From Candidatus Tectimicrobiota bacterium (GTDB lineage Bacteria; JACPUC01), in contig JACPUC010000014.1 of NCBI GenBank assembly GCA_016192455.1, positions 62,001 to 120,844 on the forward strand: 58,844 bases of DNA, in the 5' to 3' direction. Shown here piece after piece: positions 51,257-58,844 of the stretch (positions are counted from its first letter, which is position 1; each line of letters begins with the position of its first letter). The position numbers and the translations under genes are program-made. Under the pieces are notes generated by a model. It had not been told where the DNA came from and did no database searches. It saw only the letters and a program-made list of their open reading frames with translations.

Positions 51257-51790
51257 TTACTTGCCGGCCTTGCCCGCCTTGCGGCGCACAACCTCATCGC
51301 TGTAGCGGATGCCTTTTCCCTTGTAAGGCTCGGGGGGCCGCTTGGCCCGGATATCGGCCGCCACCTGGCCCACGCGCTGCTTGTCGATGCCGCGCACGAC
51401 GATGGTGGTGCGCTCGACCGCCAGCTCGATCCCTTGCGGGGGGAGGTAGGCGACCGGGTGCGAGAATCCCAAGCTGAGGTTGAGGGTGGCGCCGCTGAGG
51501 GAGACGCGGTAGCCCAACCCCTGCACCTCGAGCCGTTTCTCGAACCCTTGCGTGACGCCCCGCACCATGTTCGCCAGGAGCGCCCGCATCAGACCATGGC
51601 GCGCCCGCAGGCGGCTGCCGTCGCCGCTGCGCTCGCAGTGGATGTGGTCGCCGTCCCGCCGCAGAGTCACCCCCTCAACGACGGGCTGCGTCAGCATTCC
51701 TTTCGGCCCGCTGACCGTGATCACGCCGTCGCTGATGTCGCAGCGGACCTCTTTCGGCAGGAGGATCGGCAGCCTGCCAATGCGGGACAT
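51257..51790 (-). CDS. rplF: 50S ribosomal protein L6
   Basis: MSRIG..PI, LGFSHP and PEPYKGKGIRY. Confidence 0.99.
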   Translation of the reverse strand: MSRIGRLPILLPKEVRCDISDGVITVSGPKGMLTQPVVEGVTLRRDGDHIHCERSGDGSRLRARHGLMRALLANMVRGVTQGFEKRLEVQGLGYRVSLSGATLNLSLGFSHPVAYLPPQGIELAVERTTIVVRGIDKQRVGQVAADIRAKRPPEPYKGKGIRYSDEVVRRKAGKAGK

Positions 51791-51815
51791 GATGGTTCCT
51801 CCTTACCGCCGACGG

Positions 51816-52211
51816 CTACCAGATGCCGCAGAGCACTTCACCGCCAAGGTGCAACCGGCGGCAGGCGCGATCGACCAGGAGACCGCGCGAGGTGGAGACG
51901 ATGGTGATGCCCATGCCGCCAAGCACTTCGGGCACCTCATCGTAGCCAGCGTAGATGCGGCAGCCCGGCTTGCTGATGCGTCGCAACCCCTGGATGGCGT
52001 TGCGCTCGCCGAGGTACTTCAGCGTGATCCGCAGCATCCCCTGCTTGGTGTCCTCGGTGAGCGTGAAGTTCGTGATGTACCCCTCCTCCCGCAGCAGCTC
52101 GGCGATGCGCACCTTCAGGCGCGAGGCCGGCAGCTCGACGGCGGCGTGCTTGGCCTGAATGGCGTTGCGGATGCGGGTCAGCATGTCGGCGATGGGGTCC
52201 GTCATACTCAT
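51816..52211 (-). CDS. rpsH: 30S ribosomal protein S8
   Basis: [22 protein letters not shown] and STSRG. Confidence 0.98.
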   Translation of the reverse strand: MSMTDPIADMLTRIRNAIQAKHAAVELPASRLKVRIAELLREEGYITNFTLTEDTKQGMLRITLKYLGERNAIQGLRRISKPGCRIYAGYDEVPEVLGGMGITIVSTSRGLLVDRACRRLHLGGEVLCGIW

Positions 52212-52277
52212 TCCGTGGGCTCCTGTTGCAGCGCGCACGCGGCGGCGACACCCCTCCCGCCCGTACGCCCGGCTTGC

Positions 52278-52463
52278 TTACCAACTCGCCTTGATGACCC
52301 CTTGGATCTCGCCGTTGAGGGCAAGGTTCCGAAAGCAGATGCGGCACATCTCGAAGCGCCGCAAAAAGCCGCGCGGCCGGCCGCAGAGGCGGCAGCGGTG
52401 GTAGGCCCGCACGGCGAACTTTGGGGTGCGCTGCTGCTTGGCGATGAGTGATTTCTTAGCCAT
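52278..52463 (-). CDS. rpsN: 30S ribosomal protein S14, zinc-binding type Z
   Basis: 61 aa; RC..CGR.R and CRICFR..KASW. Confidence 0.98.
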   Translation of the reverse strand: MAKKSLIAKQQRTPKFAVRAYHRCRLCGRPRGFLRRFEMCRICFRNLALNGEIQGVIKASW

Positions 52464-52514
52464 CCAATCGGTCCTCGAGGAAATGCGCCAGCGAACCGGC
52501 CGGGGTTTCCCCGC

Positions 52515-53057
52515 CTACTTGCGGAAGGGGACCCCCATGAGCGCCAGGAGGGCGCGGGCCTCTTCATCAGTCGCCGCGGTCGTCGCGATGACGATGCCGA
52601 GCCCCTTGATCTTCTCGATACGGTCGAAGTCGACCTCGGGGAAGATGAGCTGCTCGCGGATGCCGAGGGCGTAGTTGCCGCGTCCGTCAAACGCCTTCGG
52701 GGAGACGCCCTTGAAGTCGCGCACGCGCGGCAGCGCAACGTTGACGAGGCGGTCAAAGAACTCGTACATGCGCTGGCCGCGCAGGGTCACCATGCAGCCG
52801 ATGGCCATGCCCGTGCGCAGCTTGAAGTTGGCGATGGACTTGCGGGCGCGGGTGACGACCGGGCGCTGCCCGGTGATCGACGCCACTTGTTCCACCGCCG
52901 AGTCGAGCAGCTTCGAGTTCTGGATCGCCTCCCCCAGGCCGACGTTGACGACGATCTTCTCGAGCCGCGGCACCTCCATGAGGTTGGCGTAGCCGAACTG
53001 CCGCCGCAGAGCCGGCATCACTTCAGCCTCGTACTTCTGGCGCAGCCGAGGTTTCAT
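52515..53057 (-). CDS. rplE: 50S ribosomal protein L5
   Basis: [25 protein letters not shown] and FDGRGNY. Confidence 0.98.
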   Translation of the reverse strand: MKPRLRQKYEAEVMPALRRQFGYANLMEVPRLEKIVVNVGLGEAIQNSKLLDSAVEQVASITGQRPVVTRARKSIANFKLRTGMAIGCMVTLRGQRMYEFFDRLVNVALPRVRDFKGVSPKAFDGRGNYALGIREQLIFPEVDFDRIEKIKGLGIVIATTAATDEEARALLALMGVPFRK

Positions 53058-53196
53058 GCGTGCACCTGTGCGGCCGCCGTGTGCTGCACGCGCGGCCACC
53101 CTAGAGATTGTCGGGGGAGCCGTCAGCGCCACCCGCCACGCCGCGGGGACCCCCGCGGCCGCCGCCATCGCGGCCGGCGGCGCGCCGACGCCACCC

Positions 53197-53457
53197 TTAA
53201 CCGCTCTTGCGAACGTTGGAGATGTGGATCTTCCCTTCGCGCTCGACGATGCCGCCCTGCCGGCTCAAGCGACCGGGTCGCGTATGCCGCTTGATGAAGT
53301 TGACCTTCTCCACCAGCACGCGCTGCTCATCGGGGAAGACCCGCAGGACCTTGCCGCTCTTCCCCTTCTCCTTGCCGGCAATGATGGTGACGAAATCATC
53401 CCGCCGCACGTGGAGCTTCGGCCGCTTCCCCGCCGTCTGCTTCTGCCGCCTGCTCAT
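53197..53457 (-). CDS. rplX: 50S ribosomal protein L24 (short form)
   Basis: KOW motif [23 protein letters not shown] followed by a stop four codons later. Confidence 0.95.
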   Translation of the reverse strand: MSRRQKQTAGKRPKLHVRRDDFVTIIAGKEKGKSGKVLRVFPDEQRVLVEKVNFIKRHTRPGRLSRQGGIVEREGKIHISNVRKSG

Positions 53458-53507
53458 GGCCGTTCTCCTCTCGCCGCGCCGGGCCCGTGACCGCCGCCGC
53501 GGCGACC

Positions 53508-53876
53508 CTACAGCACCTCGGGCGCCAGGGAGATGATCTTCATGAAGTTCTTGCGTCGCAGCTCGCGCGCCACCGGGCCGAAGATGCGCGTGCCGATCGG
53601 CTCGCGCGCCTCGTTGATGAGGACGGCGGCGTTGTCATCGAAGCGGATGTACGAGCCGTCGGGCCGGTTCATCTCCTTGCGCGTCCGCACGACGACGGCC
53701 TTCTGCACGGTCCCCTTGCCGATATTGCTGTTCGGCGCCGCTTCCTTCACTGCCACGACGATGATGTCACCGAGGCGCGCGTAGCGCCGGCGGGTGCCGC
53801 CGAGGACCTTGATGCACTGCACCCGGCGCGCTCCGGTGTTGTCCGCCACCTGCAGCATGGTCTTGACCTGGATCAT
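53508..53876 (-). CDS. rplN: 50S ribosomal protein L14
   Basis: VADNTGA, FDDNAAV and [13 protein letters not shown]. Confidence 0.99.
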   Translation of the reverse strand: MIQVKTMLQVADNTGARRVQCIKVLGGTRRRYARLGDIIVVAVKEAAPNSNIGKGTVQKAVVVRTRKEMNRPDGSYIRFDDNAAVLINEAREPIGTRIFGPVARELRRKNFMKIISLAPEVL

Positions 53877-53921
53877 CGTTCCCACTCTCTGGCTGGGTCG
53901 ATCTCGTGCGCGCCGGCGGGC

Positions 53922-54179
53922 TTACTGAGCCTTGGCGACGATCGCGAGGAGGCGCCAGCGCTTGCGGCGGCTGAGGGGGCGGCTCTCGATGATGCGCACG
54001 GTATCCCCCACGGCACAGCGATTGTGCTCGTCGTGCGCCATGAACTTCTTGGAGGAGCGGATCGTCCGACGATACATCGGATGCTGGACGAGCCGCGATA
54101 CTTCCACGGTGATAGACTTGTCGGCCTTCGTGCTCACCACGCGACCGAGTTGAACCCGTCGACGCCGTTCTTCACTCAT
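53922..54179 (-). CDS. rpsQ: 30S ribosomal protein S17
   Basis: G.VVS.K.DK, AHDE.N and ESRPLS..KRW. Confidence 0.98.
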   Translation of the reverse strand: MSEERRRRVQLGRVVSTKADKSITVEVSRLVQHPMYRRTIRSSKKFMAHDEHNRCAVGDTVRIIESRPLSRRKRWRLLAIVAKAQ

Positions 54180-54235
54180 CGTCGCCTCTTCTCAGGGTGC
54201 GCCGCGTCACCCCTGCCACCGCTGGTTGCGCCGCC

Positions 54236-54463
54236 TCACGCGCCTGAGGCGGCCGACGCCTCCCCCGCCGCGGGGGAGCGCCGGCGTTCGTGCCGGACCG
54301 TCTTCAGGCGCGCCAGGTCGCGCCGCACGGCGGGCAGGCGCATGGGGTTATCGAGCTGGCTCGTGGCATGCTGGAAGCGCAGGTTGAAGAGCTCCGTCTG
54401 CAGCTCTCGCTCCTTCTCCTCCAGCTCGCGCTCGCTGAGGTCGCGGAGTTCACGCGCGCGCAT
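54236..54463 (-). CDS. rpmC: 50S ribosomal protein L29
   Basis: ELFNLRFQ and VRRDLARLKT. Confidence 0.97.
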   Translation of the reverse strand: MRARELRDLSERELEEKERELQTELFNLRFQHATSQLDNPMRLPAVRRDLARLKTVRHERRRSPAAGEASAASGA

Positions 54464-54483
54464 GGCAGCGGCCTCCCTCCTGG

Positions 54484-54897
54484 TTAGAGCTCCTCGCTGT
54501 CAACAAAGACGGTGGCCAGACTGAGCTTGCGCCCGGCGAGGCGCATGGCCTCACGCGCGACGGGCGCCGGCACGCCATCCATTTCGTAGAGGATGCGTCC
54601 GGGCTTCACCACCGCCACCCAGAACTCGGGCGCGCCTTTCCCCTTCCCCATGCGCGTCTCGTTCGGTTTCCGCGTCACCGGCTTGTCGGGGAAGATGCGA
54701 ATCCAGATCTTGCCGCCGCGCTTGACGTGGCGCGTCATCGCAATACGCGCCGCCTCGATCTGCCGGTTCGTGAGGCGCCCCGGCTCGAGCACCCGCAGGC
54801 CGAAGCGCCCGAAGGCCACGCTGCCGCCGCGGTCCGCCGTGCCCCTGGTGCGTCCCTTCTGCTGTTTCCGGTACTTCACTTTCCGCGGCATCAACAT
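54484..54897 (-). CDS. rplP: 50S ribosomal protein L16
   Basis: [18 protein letters not shown] and RMGKGKG. Confidence 0.99.
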   Translation of the reverse strand: MLMPRKVKYRKQQKGRTRGTADRGGSVAFGRFGLRVLEPGRLTNRQIEAARIAMTRHVKRGGKIWIRIFPDKPVTRKPNETRMGKGKGAPEFWVAVVKPGRILYEMDGVPAPVAREAMRLAGRKLSLATVFVDSEEL

Positions 54898-54903
54898 GGC
54901 CGG

Positions 54904-55572
54904 CTACCTCGAAGCTCGCGGCTCGGCGCTCTCTTCCGCCTGCTGCCCGGGCAGCACCTCGCCGTTGAAAATCCACACCTTGACGCCGATGACGCCGTAC
55001 GTCGTCTTGGCCTCCGCGAAGCCATAGTCGATGTCGGCCCGCAGCGTGTGGAGGGGGACCCGCCCCTCGCGGTACCACTCGCGCCGGGCGATCTCGGCGC
55101 CGCCGAGGCGGCCGGCGACCATGATCTTCACCCCCTCGGCCCCGAAGCGCATGGCCGAGCCCACGGCTTTCTTCAGGGCGGTGCGGAAGTTGACCCGCCG
55201 CTCAAGCTGCAAGGCGACGTTCTCGGCCACGAGCTGGGAGTTCGTTTCGGCCCGCCGGATTTCGCGGATGTTGATCGCCACCGGGTTGCCGATGGCGGTC
55301 TGGATGTCGGCTTTCAGGCGGTCGACATCTTGACCGCGCTTGCCGATGACGAGGCCGGGCCGCGAGGTCCAGATGTTGATCCGGGCGCGGTTCGCCGCCC
55401 GCTCGATGCCGATGCGCGCCACGCCGTGGTGCTTCAGCCGCTGCTTCAGGAAGCGGCGGATGAAGAGGTCCTGGTGGAGAACGTCGGCGTAGTCCTTGCC
55501 GGCAAACCAGCTCGACTGCCAGGTCTTGATGTAGCCAAGGCGAAACCCGGTTGGGTGCACCTTCTGTCCCAC
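54904..55572 (-). CDS. rpsC: 30S ribosomal protein S3
   Basis: [22 protein letters not shown] and [11 protein letters not shown]. Confidence 0.99.
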   Translation of the reverse strand: MGQKVHPTGFRLGYIKTWQSSWFAGKDYADVLHQDLFIRRFLKQRLKHHGVARIGIERAANRARINIWTSRPGLVIGKRGQDVDRLKADIQTAIGNPVAINIREIRRAETNSQLVAENVALQLERRVNFRTALKKAVGSAMRFGAEGVKIMVAGRLGGAEIARREWYREGRVPLHTLRADIDYGFAEAKTTYGVIGVKVWIFNGEVLPGQQAEESAEPRASR

Positions 55573-55599
55573 AATCGTCTCCTTGCCGGCCCCGGGGGC

Positions 55600-55947
55600 C
55601 TAGGCGGACGCCTCGTCGTCGCTCAGCAGCACGCGGAGGTGGCTGGTGCGCTTGCGGATCATGGTGGCCCGCCCGCGCGCCCGCGGCCGCCAGCGCTTCG
55701 CCATCGGGCCGCCATCGACGCAGACCTCGGCCACCAGCAGCGCGTCGACGTCTTCCACCGCATGGTTGGCGCCGGCGTTGGCCACCGCCGAGCGCATGAG
55801 CTTCTCGAGCACGCGCGCCGCCTCGCGCTCCGTTGCCGCCAGGATGCTGAGCGCCTGCGGCACCTTCTTGCCGCGGATGAGGTCGGCGACCTGGCGTGCC
55901 TTGCGCGGCGACAGATGGCGATAGCGCAGCCTTGCTGACACTTTCAT
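55600..55947 (-). CDS. rplV: 50S ribosomal protein L22
   Basis: SPRKAR.VADLIRG and PRARGRA..I.KRTSH. Confidence 0.98.
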   Translation of the reverse strand: MKVSARLRYRHLSPRKARQVADLIRGKKVPQALSILAATEREAARVLEKLMRSAVANAGANHAVEDVDALLVAEVCVDGGPMAKRWRPRARGRATMIRKRTSHLRVLLSDDEASA

Positions 55948-55965
55948 GGCGCGTCCCTCTCCGCC

Positions 55966-56250
55966 TTACGTCTTCGTGATCATGCGCCTCGTCATGCCGC
56001 TGTGGCCGCGGAAGGTGCGCGTGGGGGCGAACTCGCCGAGCTTGTGCCCCACCATGTTCTCGGTGATGAAGACGGGCACGAACTTGCGGCCGTTGTGCAC
56101 CGCGACGGTGTGGCTGATGAACTCCGGGGTGATCGTCGAACGCCGCGACCAGGTGCGCACGACGCTCTTCTCGCCGCCGCGGTTCATCACCTCGATCTTC
56201 TTCAGGAGGTGATCATCGATGAAGGGTCCCTTCTTGATGGACCGTGACAT
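55966..56250 (-). CDS. rpsS: 30S ribosomal protein S19
   Basis: [14 protein letters not shown] and MVGHKLGEF. Confidence 0.99.
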   Translation of the reverse strand: MSRSIKKGPFIDDHLLKKIEVMNRGGEKSVVRTWSRRSTITPEFISHTVAVHNGRKFVPVFITENMVGHKLGEFAPTRTFRGHSGMTRRMITKT

Positions 56251-56301
56251 GCGCTTCTCCCGCCCGCCGCCAGGGACCGCCGCCCTGCGCGGCTGCCTCG
56301 C

Positions 56302-57126
56302 CTAGACCTTGCGGCGCCGAATGATAAGCCGATCCGAGAGCTTGGCGCGGCGCGTCTTGTACCCCTTCGTCGGCACGCCCCACGGGGTCACCGGGTGGCG
56401 CCCGCCGGAGGTCTTCCCCTCGCCGCCGCCGTGCGGATGATCGACGGGATTCATGGCCACCCCGCGCACCCGCGGCATGCGGCCCATCCAGCGGCTGCGT
56501 CCCGCCTTGCCGATGGTGATGTTCTCGTGGTCGGCGTTCCCCACCTTGCCGATGGTGGCCCGACAGCTCACCGGCACCTGCCGCACTTCGCCCGACTGCA
56601 GTTTCAGCACGGCGTACTTGCCCTCTTTCGCCATGAGCTGGGCGCTCGTGCCGGCGCTGCGCATCAACTGGCCGCCGCGCCCCTTGGAGAGTTCGATGTT
56701 GTGGACGAGCTCGCCGAGAGGAATCTCCGCCAGGTCAAGGGCATTGCCGCTGCGAATCTCCGACCCCGTGCCGGAGGTGAGGATGGTCCCCACCGCCAGG
56801 CCCTCCGGCCAGAGGATGTAGCGCTTCTCTCCATCCGCGTAGTGGAGGAGCGCCAAGTAGGCGGAGCGGTTCGGGTCGTACTCGATGGCCGCCACCTTGG
56901 CCGGCACGCCGTCCTTGTTGCGCTTGAAATCCACCACGCGGTAGCGCCGCTTGTGCCCGCCGCCGCGCCAACGGCTGGTGATGCGGCCAGCGTTGTTGCG
57001 CCCCCCGGTCTTATGGTACGGACGCAGGAGGGATTTCTCCGGGGTGCGTTTCGTCAGCTCCTCGAAGGTCGCCGCCGTCTGGAAGCGGCGCCCTGGCGAG
57101 GTTGGACGGTAGTGCTTGAGTGCCAT
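56302..57126 (-). CDS. rplB: 50S ribosomal protein L2
   Basis: [18 protein letters not shown] and [17 protein letters not shown]. Confidence 0.99.
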   Translation of the reverse strand: MALKHYRPTSPGRRFQTAATFEELTKRTPEKSLLRPYHKTGGRNNAGRITSRWRGGGHKRRYRVVDFKRNKDGVPAKVAAIEYDPNRSAYLALLHYADGEKRYILWPEGLAVGTILTSGTGSEIRSGNALDLAEIPLGELVHNIELSKGRGGQLMRSAGTSAQLMAKEGKYAVLKLQSGEVRQVPVSCRATIGKVGNADHENITIGKAGRSRWMGRMPRVRGVAMNPVDHPHGGGEGKTSGGRHPVTPWGVPTKGYKTRRAKLSDRLIIRRRKV

Positions 57127-57189
57127 GGTGCATCCTGTCCCGTCAAAACCTGCAGGGTGGACGCCCGGCGCGGGCCGCGCGGCGTTACG

Positions 57190-57480
57190 CTACACCCCTT
57201 GGAAGAACTCGATGCGGTCGCCCGGCTTCAGTTTCACGATGGCTTTCTTCCAATCCGGCCGGCGCCCCTGCCGCCGCCCCTGCCGCTTCATCTTGCCGCG
57301 CAGGTTCATGGTGGCCACCTCGAGCACCGACACCTTGAAGAGTGTCTGCACGGCCTGGCGGATTTCCGGCTTGGTGGCGCGGCGATCGACGACGAAGGCC
57401 ACGGTGTTGCTCGCCTCCGTGCCGGCGGAGGTCTTCTCGGTCACCACGGGGCGCTTCAACACGTCGTAGAGACTGATCAT
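57190..57480 (-). CDS. rplW: 50S ribosomal protein L23
   Basis: P.VTEK, ATK.EI..AV and WKKAIV.L. Confidence 0.98.
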   Translation of the reverse strand: MISLYDVLKRPVVTEKTSAGTEASNTVAFVVDRRATKPEIRQAVQTLFKVSVLEVATMNLRGKMKRQGRRQGRRPDWKKAIVKLKPGDRIEFFQGV

Positions 57481-58100
57481 GGCTTCAGCACCTCGTGGAC
57501 GCGCGCCAGGGCCGCGCGGCTGCAGATCACGGTCTCGTAATCCATCAGGTCGTAGGCGTTCAAGCCTTGCACCGGCAGCGTCTTGACGTGCTGGAGGTTG
57601 CGCACTCCGAGGCGCAGGTTCGGTTGCTCCTCGGCAACGAGGAAGAGGGCCTTGGCGGCGGCGCCGAGCCGCTGCAGCAGTTCCACCGCCAAGCGTGTCT
57701 TCGGCGCGCTGATCTCCACCTCATCGAGAACGACGAGGTTGCCGCTCCGGGCCTTCAGCGTCAGGGCCTGCCGCAGGGCGGCGCGGCGCACCTTGCGCGG
57801 CACGCGGTAGGCGTAGCTGCGGGGCTTCGGCCCGAAGACGATGCCGCCGCCGCGCCAGAGCGGCGAGCTGCGTCGGCCGGCGCGGGCGCGGCCGGTGCCT
57901 TTCTGGCGCCACGGCTTGCGCCGGCTGGCCCGCACCTCGGAACGCCCCAGGGTGCTGGAGGTGCCGCGCCGGCGGTTCGCAAGCTGCATGACGACCACGT
58001 CGTGGAGGACGTGCGGCCGCACCTCCACGTTGAAGATCTCGTCATGAAGCTCGGCGCTCCCGACCTCTTCGTTCTGTTGATTCCGGACGCTGAGCTGCAT
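57477..58100 (-). CDS. rplD: 50S ribosomal protein L4
   Basis: [14 protein letters not shown] and WRGGG..FGPKPR. Confidence 0.99.
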   Translation of the reverse strand: MQLSVRNQQNEEVGSAELHDEIFNVEVRPHVLHDVVVMQLANRRRGTSSTLGRSEVRASRRKPWRQKGTGRARAGRRSSPLWRGGGIVFGPKPRSYAYRVPRKVRRAALRQALTLKARSGNLVVLDEVEISAPKTRLAVELLQRLGAAAKALFLVAEEQPNLRLGVRNLQHVKTLPVQGLNAYDLMDYETVICSRAALARVHEVLKP

Positions 58101-58275
58101 CGTCGACTCTCGCCACTTCGGGCGGCGCCGAGGAACTCCCTCTCGGCCCCCGCGCTCCTACGTTCCGCTTCGTCCCAGAGCCTCCGGCGCGCGGGGGACT
58201 CCGCCTGCCCGCCTCCCGGGCGGAACCCTCGGCCATCCCCAACGCCGCCATCTCCCGGCGCGGCTCTTCCCAGCG

Positions 58276-58587
<312 letters not shown>

Positions 58588-58684
58588 GGTCTGGCGCGTC
58601 CCCACCTGGCTGCAAACTACTTGGGAGAGCTGGATGCGATGCGGCGCGGCGCGGTCCTGGGCGGCGGCAGCGGCCCTGCCTCGC

Positions 58685-58844
58685 CTAGGCGAGGATGTCA
58701 CTTATCACCCCGGCCCCCACCGTCCGCCCCCCCTCGCGGATCGCAAACCGCAGCTCCTTCTCCATGGCGATCGGCATGATCAGCTCCACCTCCACCCGCA
58801 CGTTGTCCCCCGGCATCACCATCTCCGTCCCCTCCGGCAGCTTC
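58685..58844 (-). CDS. tuf: Elongation factor Tu, 3' end (runs off the window)
   Basis: Manual translation of the minus strand: [52 protein letters not shown]. Confidence 0.97.
   Translation of the reverse strand, partial: KLPEGTEMVMPGDNVRVEVELIMPIAMEKELRFAIREGGRTVGAGVISDILA

Noticed and set aside
58042-58251. 69-aa minus-strand ORF in the rpsJ-rplD gap as an rplC remnant or replacement
   Set aside because: No uL3 motifs; Arg/Gly/Ala-rich and overlaps rplD out of frame.

Overview
A GC-rich bacterial chromosomal segment made up mostly of housekeeping genes. The gene repertoire is deltaproteobacteria-like/diderm, which is an inference only. Left part (1-23 kb): serA (5'-truncated), purA, DUF4416-like protein, acylphosphatase, tatBC, two paralogous secreted Ig/IPT-repeat proteins, an LpoA-like lipoprotein, a YidD-like protein, khpA, a PuuD-like membrane protein, a superoxide-dismutase remnant, HU, a BON lipoprotein, two MFS transporters, hscB, a thioesterase and ftsK. 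Middle (23-42 kb): a carboxylic-acid catabolic neighbourhood (LIV-type ABC transporter, benzoate-CoA-ligase-family enzyme, divergent B12 acyl-CoA mutase large subunit, ADP-forming acyl-CoA synthetase beta subunit, SDR). It is followed by an unannotated 43-aa basic protein, an LptC-like protein, a permease, sppA, a mosaic of REP-like repeats, an SDR, cinA, an RNase Z-like hydrolase, ald and a PaaI thioesterase. Right part (42.8-58.8 kb, minus strand): the tuf 3' end and the S10-spc-alpha ribosomal superoperon. Main anomalies: rplC (uL3) is missing between rpsJ and rplD; the mutase has several substituted active-site residues; the FtsK gamma domain is cut and fused to a hairpin-rich foreign sequence; uL24 is C-terminally truncated. 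No CRISPR array, rRNA, tRNA or intact transposase was seen. All family assignments come from motif recognition, not database searches.
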